DNA of 64,000 nucleotides from Parcubacteria group bacterium Gr01-1014_31 (GCA_007376135.1 VMFR01000005.1:4141-68140); one strand, 5' to 3'; shown: positions 1 to 9,946, numbered from the stretch's first letter. A program made the numbers and translations. Notes: a model not told the origin generated them from the sequence alone.

Positions 1-501
1 GTCAGGACTGCCGAGCGCGCGGTAGGTCCGCTCGCTGTCGAGCTGGCCGTTCTCTTGGAAGAAGATGATGGAACTTGCATCCATGAAGTCCCGATGGAAA
101 TGGGCAGCCAGGATCCTGGCCATCAGGAACTCGCCTCGGCTGGCGGCGAAATCCGGGCTCTGGGGCCGGTCGATGATGCCGCGCTCCGCGTCATCCAACA
201 GCACTTCGAGGTCGATGCCGACCTGCAGGCCGCGCACGATCTCGCGAAAACGGTCCCGAACCAGCTGGAAAACGTGGTCGAACCGAATGCCCTGGCGGAC
301 ATGAGCCTGACACAGGTAGAGCAGATCAGTGACCTTGTGGTCATCGCGCGTCCGTTTGCCAGGCGCCGACACGACGAGGTATTCCCGCCGGGCGTTGGCC
401 TGCATAATGGAGCCGACCTTCTTGATCTGGTCGGCGGTGGCAACCGATGTGCCGCCGAACTTCGCCACAACCGTGCCCTCAGGCACGACAATACTGGCCA
501 C
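1..501 (-). CDS. Aspartate kinase, N-terminal part (runs off the window start)
   Basis: Not in the ORF track. Manual translation from GTG at 501 (preceded by AGGAGG) gives VASIVVPEGTVVAKFGGTSVATADQIKKV...YLVVSAPGKR...KVTDLL...ASRGEFLMARILA, with the amino-acid-kinase motifs KFGGTS, VVSAPG and SRGE. Confidence 0.88.
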   Translation of the reverse strand, partial: MASIVVPEGTVVAKFGGTSVATADQIKKVGSIMQANARREYLVVSAPGKRTRDDHKVTDLLYLCQAHVRQGIRFDHVFQLVRDRFREIVRGLQVGIDLEVLLDDAERGIIDRPQSPDFAASRGEFLMARILAAHFHRDFMDASSIIFFQENGQLDSERTYRALGSPD

Positions 502-647
502 GTGGCCTCCTTTCATCTGGATTGTCCAAGGTACGATCGGCACGACGCGCAACGTCGCGAGCCGTTGGTTGGTCGTACCATAACTATCCATCACTGTCAA
601 TAAAAAACGGCCCGCAGGCCGCAAACATTCCCGGTACGCCGATGCCG

Positions 648-1853
648 CTATTCCTCGAGCACCACCACGCGTTTGGGTTCGCCGTCCGGCGAGAACCCGA
701 CCACCGCCACATAGGTCAATTTTCCCCCGACCTCGCCGACTTGGGAGAGCGCGAAAAATTTTTCCGCCCCCTGGCGCGCACCGGCGGCTTCCCTGAGGTC
801 ATACCGTTGGCCGTACTCTTGTCCATCGAGGACCACCACCGATGTACCCGCCTTCATGGCCAGCAGTGCGAGCTTTCCGCCGACCGCGGCGATCTCCAGC
901 ACGTCATCATACTCGCCACCCAGCGTCTGGCCATCGTAGTCGACGACCGATTTGCCGTTGACCGGCAGCGGCAGCATGGCGAGCTTACCACCCACCACAG
1001 CTGCATCGCGGTGATCCCCGGTCGGCAATACGTATGCGACTCTCCCATCGGGGTACTTGACGGCGGTGGCGTCGACCTGTACGGCGGGCAATCCCGTCTC
1101 TTTGCCGTCGGCTTCAACCACCGTCACGCGAACGCTGCCGCCGTCAACGATGGCGGCGGCTAATTTTCCGTCATAGAGAAACGGGAACAGCGCCCCACCT
1201 GTTGCCGCAGCAAACTCGCTGCCGTTGTGCCACACCGCGGTCCGGTCGGCGCCGGATGGATCTTTTCCCGGATCCACTCCGACGAACGCCAATTTCCCCT
1301 GAACCTCCAGCGGACTGCGCGCGAAAGCATACTGATCGCCGAACCGTTCCCCACGGTGAAAGATGACGGAACCGAATCCGCCCAGCGCGGAGAGAGACGG
1401 CTTGAGCGCGACCAGGGCCGGGCTGCCCCCGACATCAGCGATCTGCACCACGTCGCCGACATCGGCGTCTTCGGAACGCCAGATCTCGTCGCGGAAGACG
1501 GCCACCATGGTCTGACCGTCGCGAGCGAGGTACGCCAGCTGGCCGCTGACCGACGCGTAGCTGTCCCCAAGTCCGATGCCCACGGTTGTGAACTGCCGGC
1601 CGTACTCGCGGAAGGTGCGTCCGTTTTCCACGAAGGCCGCCGTGTTGGGCACCGCCACCGCCGGCGAAGTATTCCCAACCGCCCCGCGTCCCGCATCCTC
1701 CGGCGCCAAGGTCGGCCGCCAGAAGTACCATGCTAATCCGCCCAGACCGACCGCCAGAACCGCGATAATGGACAAAATGATAGCCGTTGTTGGCCGATGT
1801 GAAGAACCGCCAAGTGGGTCGACGATCTCACCACGCGGTGCGCGGGATGGCAT
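648..1853 (-). CDS. Membrane-anchored exported protein with beta-rich repeats, function unknown
   Basis: Long ORF; N-terminal TM segment (AIILSIIAVLAVGLGGLAWYFW); recurring 'V.GKLA[FY]' motifs. Start chosen at ATG 1853. Confidence 0.7.
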   Translation of the reverse strand: MPSRAPRGEIVDPLGGSSHRPTTAIILSIIAVLAVGLGGLAWYFWRPTLAPEDAGRGAVGNTSPAVAVPNTAAFVENGRTFREYGRQFTTVGIGLGDSYASVSGQLAYLARDGQTMVAVFRDEIWRSEDADVGDVVQIADVGGSPALVALKPSLSALGGFGSVIFHRGERFGDQYAFARSPLEVQGKLAFVGVDPGKDPSGADRTAVWHNGSEFAAATGGALFPFLYDGKLAAAIVDGGSVRVTVVEADGKETGLPAVQVDATAVKYPDGRVAYVLPTGDHRDAAVVGGKLAMLPLPVNGKSVVDYDGQTLGGEYDDVLEIAAVGGKLALLAMKAGTSVVVLDGQEYGQRYDLREAAGARQGAEKFFALSQVGEVGGKLTYVAVVGFSPDGEPKRVVVLEE

Positions 1854-2042
1854 ACGCAAATATTGTACCACACCCGGTAGGACAACGGTCGAACCTAACA
1901 CGAAAAGTGTTGAGCCAATACCAGAGCCACCGCAGACTACAGTTGTATGTACTCGTCCGTTGTACTACCGGGCACACTCAAAACGCCCGTACCCAAAAAA
2001 CCGTCACGCAGATGCGGGACGGTTTGTACGCTGGGTGCTCCA

Positions 2043-3536
2043 TTACCGCGTCGGTGGAATGGCTTCGACGGTCGGTAGCGCCTGGTCCTCAACAGCCTTC
2101 AGCGGCATGACTCCTCCGCCGCCGCGCGACGGCTGGTCATTGGGTTCCAGCAGCTCCTTGATCAGCGGCACCACCACCGCCGTGCTCCAATACGGCTGTT
2201 CTTTCGGCGATTCGATCACCGGGAAACTGGCGGCCGGCACCAACAGCTCGTCGTTACGGTTGTTCTCGTACCGCCAGACCTTGACGTAGGTCAACGTCGG
2301 GGTACCCAGAACCACATCCAGAATTTTTGCCTGCGTACCTTCCGGGGTGAAGGAGCGGGCCTGCACCACCTTCAGGATGCGGTCAAAATCCGTTTCGGCG
2401 GCATACTGGGAACTTTCGAACTGCTGGCTGGTCAGATTCCAGACGTTGCCAACCTTGCGCGTACGGACGTTTATGCTGACGTTCACGCCATGCACGTTAC
2501 CGCCTTCGTCGTGCACCACCGTTCCGTCCACCAGCTGCGGGAACACGACGTTAATGTACTCCGGCACGTAGGCTGGCATGGTTTTTTCCTGCGCCATCAG
2601 GTAGAGGCGCTGCTCTTCCTGGATGGCGGGCTCTCCGTAGCCCCTCAGCTGCACTCCGTGCTGACGCAGAAAACCCGTTGCCAGCGCGATGAGGTCGGCA
2701 TCCGACGGCACGTCGCCGGGCTGGAGGGGATTTCCCGCGGCCTCCGGCATCGGACCGGGATAGGGGGACTTCTGGTTAATGGAAACCATTCCCTCCTGCA
2801 AATCGACGAACACCTGGTAGCCATCATTGGTCTCTTGGGTCAGGTTGACGGACTGCAACTTGGCGCCGCCGAAACTGCCGAGGTCGAGCAAGCCTGAACC
2901 GAGCTCGAGGAGCGACGATGCGGCCGGCAAATTGCCCTTGATGCGGCGGTACACGGTGCGCTGGTCGTCCTTCAGCTCCATCGGTTCTCCGCGGAATACG
3001 AAACGGTAGCCGACCATCATGTCCGGCGCGACCATGGAGGGCGCAGAGAGGGTCGCACGTTCGGCCGTCGCGACGCCTCCGCCGCCGCCCATACCGACAG
3101 CCATTTTGCTCGCGTCGCGCGAGATCATCATATTGCCCGCCAGCGAGCTGAGCGTTCCAAAGGCGTTGCTGCCACGCGCCGTCACCGCGGCTTGGGACCA
3201 CGTGACGGTTTCGCTCACGGGATTGGAGCGCCGCTGTAGGAGCGTCATCGTGGGAACAATGAGGAGTGTCGCCAGCGCCACGCCGCCGGCGGTGTACATG
3301 AATTTTTGCATAAAAGGTAAGGTAAAGAATGACGCGGACGGTATCTGTCGGTGGTGGTCGAGTTGCTGCAAAAGCTCCGCGCGCAAGCGCTGTACGAACA
3401 CCTCATCCACGGTCACCTGCGGCTGCGCGGTAATCAGCGTCGCAACGATCTCCCGCAGCCGCGCTTCGTGCTGCCGCAGGCCTGGCTCCAACGCGTAGAG
3501 CTCCTCCAAGATCGTTGCGAGATGTTGGGACGCCAT
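2043..3536 (-). CDS. Single-TM protein downstream of ECF sigma; putative anti-sigma or membrane partner
   Basis: 497-aa ORF 6 bp after the sigma gene; short helical N-terminus (FVQRLRAELL), one TM segment, large extracytoplasmic domain. Confidence 0.65.
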   Translation of the reverse strand: MASQHLATILEELYALEPGLRQHEARLREIVATLITAQPQVTVDEVFVQRLRAELLQQLDHHRQIPSASFFTLPFMQKFMYTAGGVALATLLIVPTMTLLQRRSNPVSETVTWSQAAVTARGSNAFGTLSSLAGNMMISRDASKMAVGMGGGGGVATAERATLSAPSMVAPDMMVGYRFVFRGEPMELKDDQRTVYRRIKGNLPAASSLLELGSGLLDLGSFGGAKLQSVNLTQETNDGYQVFVDLQEGMVSINQKSPYPGPMPEAAGNPLQPGDVPSDADLIALATGFLRQHGVQLRGYGEPAIQEEQRLYLMAQEKTMPAYVPEYINVVFPQLVDGTVVHDEGGNVHGVNVSINVRTRKVGNVWNLTSQQFESSQYAAETDFDRILKVVQARSFTPEGTQAKILDVVLGTPTLTYVKVWRYENNRNDELLVPAASFPVIESPKEQPYWSTAVVVPLIKELLEPNDQPSRGGGGVMPLKAVEDQALPTVEAIPPTR

Positions 3537-3542
3537 AGAAAG

Positions 3543-4115
3543 TTAGATGAATGGTACCAAGAGGGATATCAATGCGGCCGGACCCAGCCTGCCCCGCAGC
3601 GACGCAATGGCGCGGGAGAAACCCATCTTGCAGGCGGCCTCCGACTTGCCGGTGATCTCCGCGATCTCGCGGTAGGACAGCTGGTCCCAGAGCCGCAGCA
3701 GGACAAGGTCGCGCTGCTCGGGGGTTAGCGCCGCTACCTGTTCCCGCACCCGTTCCAGCTGCAGCGTCACGTGGGCGTCGCGGGCAACGTCCTGCGCGTC
3801 GGCCAGGTCCCAGGCGTCCGCGATATCGACGGTGGCACGCCGCGTGCGGTAGTGGTCGGTCACCGTATTGCGAGCGATGCGGTAGATCCACGCGCCGACG
3901 CTCCCGCGTTTAGGGTCGAAGGTGCGGATATGCTGCAGCGCCTTCAGGAACGCTTGACTGGTCAGATCTTCCGCCGTTTCGCGATGGTGCGTCCGATAGT
4001 AGACAAATTTAAAGATCGGCCGCGCGTACGCATCATAGAAAGCCGCGAACGCGTTGGCGTCGCCCGAAGGCAGTCGTTCAAGCAGTGCAGCGTCGAGGGT
4101 TGGGTTCACAGGCAC
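3543..4115 (-). CDS. ECF-family RNA polymerase sigma factor
   Basis: Region 2 (AEDLTSQAFLKA...AWIYRIARNTVTDHYR) and region 4 (LTPEQRDLVLLRLWDQLSYREIAEITGKSEAACK). Confidence 0.93.
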   Translation of the reverse strand: MPVNPTLDAALLERLPSGDANAFAAFYDAYARPIFKFVYYRTHHRETAEDLTSQAFLKALQHIRTFDPKRGSVGAWIYRIARNTVTDHYRTRRATVDIADAWDLADAQDVARDAHVTLQLERVREQVAALTPEQRDLVLLRLWDQLSYREIAEITGKSEAACKMGFSRAIASLRGRLGPAALISLLVPFI

Positions 4116-4243
4116 TCCGGAGAGCGTGCCGGCCGGTGGGAGCGACCCGTCGGCAGCGGTGGCCGAGCCGGCCCTAGGCGCCGGCAGTTTGGCCTATCGC
4201 TACCATTCTACTACGAATCCTGCGGCCGGGGGTAACGCCGCGG

Positions 4244-5257
4244 CTACTTCCCTTCCGCAGGATGAGCTTGGTCGATCTCTTGGTAGACGATCTTGGAAAC
4301 GGCGGCGATGACCGGCGGAAGCCGGGAAAACTCCGGCCCGCGCGTCATCACGCACAGCAGGTAAGGCGCGCGCGGATGGTAGATAATACCGCAATCGTGC
4401 AGTTGGGCAACCGGCCTTCCGGCCTGGAGCGTTATGCGTTCCCCAAACTTGTGCGCAACCGTCCGGTTGGCGGGCACGCCGGCAATAATACCGTCGCGGA
4501 ACCGCGTTTTTGCCATCAGCTCCAATGCCTGTTCCGACCGCTCGCGATCCAGGTAGGAGGCATTATAGAGGATACGGAAGAACGAGGCGTAATCCTTCAC
4601 GGACATGTAATCACTGGCCGACCGCAGGCCGGGCACTTCCACCCCCAAATCGCGATAGACCGTTTCCAGGGTTGAGGTTGGGAGCGCTGATTTCAACAGA
4701 TCTTTGGCGTCGTTGTCGGAATTGACGATCATGCGGAACAACAATTCGCCGACCGGGTAGACCGTTCCGGGACGGATCGGTTCGACCGCCGCAATCTGCT
4801 GAGCGAAAAAGGCCTTCGGGCCATCGTACATCAATTCACGCGTCAGCACCGCGGGGTCGGATTCCGCAGCCTTAAGGTAGGACATCAGCACTGGCACCTT
4901 CAGTAAACTGGCTGGAGAAAATAAGTCCCGTTCGTTAATGCCAAACCATGGCCCGTTATTGAGGTCGCGCACATACACGGCAAGCTCAAGCCCAGGATTT
5001 GCCTGCTGGACCTCGATCAAAATGCGCTGTTTGGCGACCTTTTCGAAGGGAATGTATTTCTGCCGCAACGAGGCGAAGTCTCCCACCTCGCACTCGAGCA
5101 GCGGGTTGATCAAGCGGTAACCGGATTGCCGGACGACGACCGGAAGCGTTTCGGCGCAACACGCCTCGGGAGTCGCCAAGCGCTGCCCGATCAAAAATCC
5201 TAAACCGAGGCAAGTGATGCCGATGATGATCGTTGGAATACGCGCGCTCGGCGGCAT
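4244..5257 (-). CDS. Serine hydrolase, class A beta-lactamase-like / DD-peptidase family
   Basis: SxxK (PASLLK), SDN, and HKFG in place of KTG; N-terminal membrane anchor. Confidence 0.85.
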   Translation of the reverse strand: MPPSARIPTIIIGITCLGLGFLIGQRLATPEACCAETLPVVVRQSGYRLINPLLECEVGDFASLRQKYIPFEKVAKQRILIEVQQANPGLELAVYVRDLNNGPWFGINERDLFSPASLLKVPVLMSYLKAAESDPAVLTRELMYDGPKAFFAQQIAAVEPIRPGTVYPVGELLFRMIVNSDNDAKDLLKSALPTSTLETVYRDLGVEVPGLRSASDYMSVKDYASFFRILYNASYLDRERSEQALELMAKTRFRDGIIAGVPANRTVAHKFGERITLQAGRPVAQLHDCGIIYHPRAPYLLCVMTRGPEFSRLPPVIAAVSKIVYQEIDQAHPAEGK

Positions 5258-5308
5258 AAAAAAAGTGCTTCCACAGTAGCGGAAGCATCGCCCACCGACA
5301 AGGGTCGT

Positions 5309-5728
5309 TTACGCCAGGAGATTCAGTCCGGTCGATGGGTCGTGCATGCGGACAATCTCGTCGGGCAGCTGCCGAAAGGAGATCTCACAGGTTACCGAAA
5401 CGACCAGCCGCTTGATGTGGCCGCCGCGCACCCGCAGTTTATCGTCGGCGAACGTCCCGTGCACATGCACCGCGACTCCCCCCTCGAGCCGCGCCACGTT
5501 GCCTTGCAGGCCGCAGATCTCCAGGCCCTCCTCGATGATCTCGTCGCGGTATTCCTTATCGTACGGATGGTAGTGCGACAATGTCAACTCGCCACAGGCG
5601 CCGATCCCGTTGAACGTACCTCCGACAATGCCCTCGGCCTGGCACCATGCCTGCAATCCGGCGACCACCTCCTCGCCACGGTCGAACCGCAGGAGAAAAT
5701 TCTGACCATCGCGGGTGATCACGCGCAT
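5309..5728 (-). CDS. PPC/DUF296 domain protein
   Basis: LRFDRGEEV, GIGAC, EICGLQGN, HVHGTF and GGH motifs; start at ATG 5728. Confidence 0.88.
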   Translation of the reverse strand: MRVITRDGQNFLLRFDRGEEVVAGLQAWCQAEGIVGGTFNGIGACGELTLSHYHPYDKEYRDEIIEEGLEICGLQGNVARLEGGVAVHVHGTFADDKLRVRGGHIKRLVVSVTCEISFRQLPDEIVRMHDPSTGLNLLA

Positions 5729-5732
5729 ACGA

Positions 5733-6476
5733 TCATTCCACGCGCCGTGCCGCCGCACGGTAAGCACAATGCACGCAGGTTGGCGAGACGGGCGGCGACA
5801 CATCCGACTGCAGGCAGGCCCGCAGTTCAAGCAGCGTCGGTTCGACCCACGTGTCGTTGCCGACGTACGGAATGATCTTAACGTTGAACTCTAATTTTCC
5901 GTCGAACGCCTCGCGGTCGGTATCGCCGTTGCAGTACACAAAATACCCCGTTGGCGAAACGGTAAATTCGTTCCGGCGGAACAGCCACTGGTAGACCTCC
6001 ATCTGCCGCTTGTACGAGATCTGCCACGGCGCGTCAATGGTCACCTCGGTCTCCTTGGCCGTGGCCTTATAATCCACAACGATGAGTTCTCCCTGGGGGT
6101 TCACCCACACGTCGTCCACGCCGCCGGTCACCAGGAAATTCGTCGGCGGATGGAGGTACTGGACGCCGCGGCGCAGCGCGTCGCGCCACTCGTCCATCTT
6201 CGGGTGCTGGTACGGCACGGCGTCCACGCCGTAGGTCTTCATCAAGGGGTGCGCGGTTCCGGCCGCCCGGTGGATGTCGAATTCTTTCTTCAGGAGCGTA
6301 TCGACCGCCGTGTTCAGGTTGAATGGATACCCGGGAGGCTGCGGAATACCCAGCCGCCGGTCCAAGTAGAAACAGCGCCGGCAGTTCATGAACAGCTCGA
6401 TCTTGGAGCGGCTCACGCGGTAGGGCGCGCCCGAGGTCGGGGAAAAAACGTAGTGCCGGAATCCATTACTGCTCAT
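5733..6476 (-). CDS. PD-(D/E)XK nuclease superfamily protein (RecB/Cas4-like)
   Basis: SRSKIELFMNCRRCFY, GGVDDVW..LIVVDYK, QMEVY, C-terminal CVHC; start at ATG 6476. Confidence 0.85.
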   Translation of the reverse strand: MSSNGFRHYVFSPTSGAPYRVSRSKIELFMNCRRCFYLDRRLGIPQPPGYPFNLNTAVDTLLKKEFDIHRAAGTAHPLMKTYGVDAVPYQHPKMDEWRDALRRGVQYLHPPTNFLVTGGVDDVWVNPQGELIVVDYKATAKETEVTIDAPWQISYKRQMEVYQWLFRRNEFTVSPTGYFVYCNGDTDREAFDGKLEFNVKIIPYVGNDTWVEPTLLELRACLQSDVSPPVSPTCVHCAYRAAARRVE

Positions 6477-6552
6477 ATCGTCGGCAGTGTACCAAGAAAC
6501 CCCTTGATCCAGCCAGTCCACCGATCGCCCGACGGTGGGCAGCTGGCGCACC

Positions 6553-7014
6553 TTACGTGTTCAGACTCCATACGATGTAATTGAGATACGCGGCAAACAG
6601 CGTCCAGGCCAAGTACGGCGAAAGCAGCCAAGCCGCAAGTGGTGCTGGTCGCCGCAGCAGCACGATCAATGCTGCCACCGACGACCCCAGCAGCAGCGCC
6701 TCGGCAACCGCCCAGCCGATCTGATGAAAACCGAAAAATATCCAGCTCCACCCGGCATTCAGCGCGGCATTAAAAGCGAATACCGACATAACCGTCCGGC
6801 GCGTCGCTCCTGCCGTTTTCTCGTATGCCAGCAACGCCGCAGCGGCGGCCAGCGTAAACAGCGTCGTCCAAACCAGGCTAATAACCATGCCCGACGGTGT
6901 CCAGGACGGCTTCCCGATGGTGGCATACCACGCCATGTTGGCGCCGGTCACCAGACTGCCGGCAACAGCCGTGGCGATCGTTGCCAGTGGAATGACGATT
7001 TGATGGATACCCAT
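6553..7014 (-). CDS. tspO: TspO/MBR family tryptophan-rich sensory protein
   Basis: WYATIGKPSWTP, LNAGWSWIFFG and PYLAWTLFAAYLN motifs. Confidence 0.9.
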   Translation of the reverse strand: MGIHQIVIPLATIATAVAGSLVTGANMAWYATIGKPSWTPSGMVISLVWTTLFTLAAAAALLAYEKTAGATRRTVMSVFAFNAALNAGWSWIFFGFHQIGWAVAEALLLGSSVAALIVLLRRPAPLAAWLLSPYLAWTLFAAYLNYIVWSLNT

Positions 7015-7052
7015 ATCCCCTCCGTTCCCGCCCCGCCGGTTTATCGCGGCGT

Positions 7053-7466
7053 TTATGACGAAAGACCTCGCTGGCTGCGCGGGATGACCAGCTTCAGCCC
7101 GGACCACGTACGGTCTACGGCAACGACTTTTACGTCCACCAGTCCCTGCTGCAGCGCCAGGTGCCGAAGCACATTCTCATCAACATCCGAAGCGATGCCG
7201 GAACTTTTCTTCGGCCAAGACACCCATATCATCCCATTGGGCCGCAGCCGCGTTTTCAACCCAGGCAGCGCGGCTGCTAGCGCCTGCCGGTGAACGCAGA
7301 AATAATGAATATAATCAAGGTTGCTCCCCTGGGTGACCAACCGCGCTCCCGCCGGCAGCTTCCGAAATACCACGCGCAGAATTTCCGGCACATGGTAGAG
7401 TGCCACCCGCATTGCCGGTTTCAGCCCGAGTTTTTGCCGTAACGGTTTCCCCGAGTACCCTGCCAT
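7053..7466 (-). CDS. DUF3052-like hypothetical protein
   Basis: MAGYSGKPL..KLGLK, IWVSWPKKSS, GLVDVKV and WSGLKLV motifs. Confidence 0.75.
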   Translation of the reverse strand: MAGYSGKPLRQKLGLKPAMRVALYHVPEILRVVFRKLPAGARLVTQGSNLDYIHYFCVHRQALAAALPGLKTRLRPNGMIWVSWPKKSSGIASDVDENVLRHLALQQGLVDVKVVAVDRTWSGLKLVIPRSQRGLSS

Positions 7467-7469
7467 AGT

Positions 7470-8177
7470 TCAAGCTGTCCCCGCCAAGTACGCGCGCCGC
7501 CGCGGCGGTGGAAATCGTTCGATTGCGTAGCGCAGCATCGTGCGCGGCATCTTCTGATACCGCGGGCGCAGCCACGATTCCAGCGCCGCCGCATCGCGCT
7601 TGCCGACCTCGCGCAGCATCCAGCCCACGGCTTTATGAATGAGGTCGTGACGGTCGGCCATCAAGACCTGCGCCAGGGTGAACGTCGGACGGAAACGGCC
7701 GGCGCGGATGAACGCGAAGGTTGCAACGATCGCGACTCGCCGCTCCCAGACGTTGCGCGATTGAGCCAGGCGCGCCAAAAGTGCCGTTGGCCGGCCGACC
7801 AGGTACGCTCCCACGATATTGACGGCCGACAGGTCAACCAGATCCCAGTTGTTCACCCGGCGCAGGTGGCGCAGATAGAACTGGAATACCCTGTACTGCT
7901 CCCGTTCGTCGCCGATTTGGAACCGATGAACCAGGATGAGCAGCGCGCACAGTCGCTCCTCGTGTATCGCAGAGGAGAGCAGCCGCGCAACATCGGCGAG
8001 CGCGAGGTCGGTAAACTGCCGCGCCACCGCACGCGTCTGCGGGACGGTCACGCCCAAAAAAATATCGCCTTCTCCATACTCGCCCGGCCCGGTACGGAAG
8101 AAGCGCTGTAAAACCTTTGCCTTGGCGCCCGACGCTTGTTGGCGCAAGCGACGACGGAGTGCCGCAAGGGATGCCAT
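7470..8177 (-). CDS. DNA alkylation repair protein (AlkD family)
   Basis: FFRTGPGEYGEGDIFLGV, NNWDLVD, WERR, KAVGWMLRE and MPRTMLRYAIE motifs. Confidence 0.9.
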   Translation of the reverse strand: MASLAALRRRLRQQASGAKAKVLQRFFRTGPGEYGEGDIFLGVTVPQTRAVARQFTDLALADVARLLSSAIHEERLCALLILVHRFQIGDEREQYRVFQFYLRHLRRVNNWDLVDLSAVNIVGAYLVGRPTALLARLAQSRNVWERRVAIVATFAFIRAGRFRPTFTLAQVLMADRHDLIHKAVGWMLREVGKRDAAALESWLRPRYQKMPRTMLRYAIERFPPPRRRAYLAGTA

Positions 8178-8229
8178 AGGATGGCGTTTCGGTCTTGGCA
8201 GGTGGTCGAACCGATACTATACTGACCGC

Positions 8230-8757
8230 ATGCCATTCAAGCTACCACACCTGACTAATCGGCAACAGGTTGCCGTCGCCGGCGGCGCACTGGTATTCAT
8301 TGCTGCAATCACACTGCTGATGTCCGGAATCCGCCCGCTGGGCAATCCCCCGGCAACGCTTCTGCCATCACAGATCCCCGTTGCTGGATCGACAGTTTCG
8401 CCGGCACCGGGAGGCAGCGCCACCCCGCGAACTTCTCCGACCGTACGCCCCGGCACAACCCCAAAACCCGGCGCGCTTTCCTATGGCGATGCGCTCGCCA
8501 AATACGGCGATTGGCGCATCCAACTCAACAGTAAATGCCAGGCCCAGCCGCCAAAGATGACGGTCAAGACCGGCACCTCGATACTGCTGGACAATCGTGC
8601 CCCGACGCCGAAAACGGCCACCCTCGACGGTACGGTCTACAAGCTCGCGGCCTACGATTTTCGGATCATTCGAATGACCGCTGCAACCTTGCCGCATACG
8701 GCCATTCTCCACTGCGATCCGCTGAAAAACGTCGCCCAGATCACCATTCAAAAATAG
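8230..8757 (+). CDS. Membrane-anchored exported protein, paralog 1 of a tandem pair
   Basis: ATG 8230; TM segment, Pro/Thr linker, C-terminal domain YGDWRIQLN..CQA.PP.MTVK.GT...LDNR shared with 8894-9394. Confidence 0.75.
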   Translation: MPFKLPHLTNRQQVAVAGGALVFIAAITLLMSGIRPLGNPPATLLPSQIPVAGSTVSPAPGGSATPRTSPTVRPGTTPKPGALSYGDALAKYGDWRIQLNSKCQAQPPKMTVKTGTSILLDNRAPTPKTATLDGTVYKLAAYDFRIIRMTAATLPHTAILHCDPLKNVAQITIQK

Positions 8758-8769
8758 CGACGTACCATG

Positions 8770-8800
8770 CCGCCGCCGGCGTCTGCCGGCGGTTTTTTTG
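8770..8800 (+). terminator. Rho-independent terminator
   Basis: CCGCCGGC-GTCT-GCCGGCGG stem followed by a T run, just after the 8757 stop. Confidence 0.7.
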
Positions 8801-8893
8801 TCAATCTAGCGAACCAACACATTCAGCCGTTCAAAAAATACCAGCCCGCCCGTCTACTACAACAGACGGAAGTTAACAAAAAATGCCTGCCTT

Positions 8894-9394
8894 ATGCAAC
8901 ATTTTCTTAACAACTTTCGTGCCGAGATTGCGATCGGCGTGGTTGGTACGGCCATCATTGTCGGCATCGGCGGCTGGTGGCTGCAGTCACTCGCCCCGCG
9001 ACCGGGAACAGCGGAGCTCCTGGCCGCCGATGAGCGCACTTCGCCGGACGCCCAACCTGAGAATACCGCCGGGCGCGTACGGCTCGCCAGCGCTGGCGCT
9101 GTCGGGGTCGCAACCACGTACGATGAGGCGCTGGAACAGTACGGCGACTGGCGCATCCAATTGAATGACGATTGCCAGGCCCGCCCGCCGCGAATGACGG
9201 TAAAAAGCGGGACCAGCGTGATGCTGGACAACCGTTCCGACGACCCGCAGACGGTCATCGCGAACGGCACTTCCTATCAGATCGCTCCGTACTACTACCG
9301 AATCATCACGGTCCGCAGCGGAGCGTCGCCCCACACCGTGTACCTGGACTGTGGGCAAGGGAAAAATGTTGCCCTTATTACCGCCCAATTCTAG
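8894..9394 (+). CDS. Membrane-anchored exported protein, paralog 2 of a tandem pair
   Basis: TM segment, then YGDWRIQLNDDCQARPPRMTVKSGTSVMLDNR...HTVYLDC domain. Confidence 0.75.
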   Translation: MQHFLNNFRAEIAIGVVGTAIIVGIGGWWLQSLAPRPGTAELLAADERTSPDAQPENTAGRVRLASAGAVGVATTYDEALEQYGDWRIQLNDDCQARPPRMTVKSGTSVMLDNRSDDPQTVIANGTSYQIAPYYYRIITVRSGASPHTVYLDCGQGKNVALITAQF

Positions 9395-9397
9395 GGA

Positions 9398-9946
9398 TCA
9401 CGGTGTGGGACGCACCAACGGGGAGAATTTCTGACGCAGCTTGGCTAATTTCGGCGAGATGACGAACTGACAGTAGGGCTTATCCATATTATTCGCGTAA
9501 TACCTCATATGGTGATCCTCGGCCGGATAGAAGGTGGCGTACGGCGCAACCTCGGTCACGATGGGCCGCGGGTATACTTCTTCCGCACGCAAGTGCTCCA
9601 GGAACCGTTCAACGTCGCGCAGCTGTTCATCATCCGTGTACAGCACTACGGAGCGGTACTGCTCGCCGAAGTCGTTACCCTGCTGGTTTCTGGTCGTCGG
9701 GTCGTGCAATGCGAAAAATACCTCCAGCAGCTCCCGAAACGAAATGACGGCGGGGTCGAACTCGATCCGAACCACTTCCGCGTGCCCCGTGCCGCCCGCG
9801 CAGACCTGCTCATACGTCGGCTGCTTGGTTCTGCCGCCCGCGTAGCCCGGGGTCACCGCCGTCACTCCGCGCAGGCTGGCAAAGATCGCCTCCGTACACC
9901 AAAAGCAGCCGCCACCGAAGACCGCAAATTCACTTTTGCGCGCCAT
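9398..9946 (-). CDS. msrA: Peptide-methionine (S)-S-oxide reductase
   Basis: GGGCFWCTE active site, GHAEVV, DPTT..QQGND.GEQYRS, AEDHH..YY. Confidence 0.96.
   Translation of the reverse strand: MARKSEFAVFGGGCFWCTEAIFASLRGVTAVTPGYAGGRTKQPTYEQVCAGGTGHAEVVRIEFDPAVISFRELLEVFFALHDPTTRNQQGNDFGEQYRSVVLYTDDEQLRDVERFLEHLRAEEVYPRPIVTEVAPYATFYPAEDHHMRYYANNMDKPYCQFVISPKLAKLRQKFSPLVRPTP

Noticed and set aside
4244-5257. Bona fide class A beta-lactamase resistance gene
   Set aside because: It has KFG instead of KTG and no recognisable omega-loop Glu166 motif; a cell-wall peptidase-like serine hydrolase is more likely.
5733-6476. Cas4-like nuclease as evidence of CRISPR-Cas
   Set aside because: It is a standalone PD-(D/E)XK protein among housekeeping genes, with no cas1/cas2 or array.
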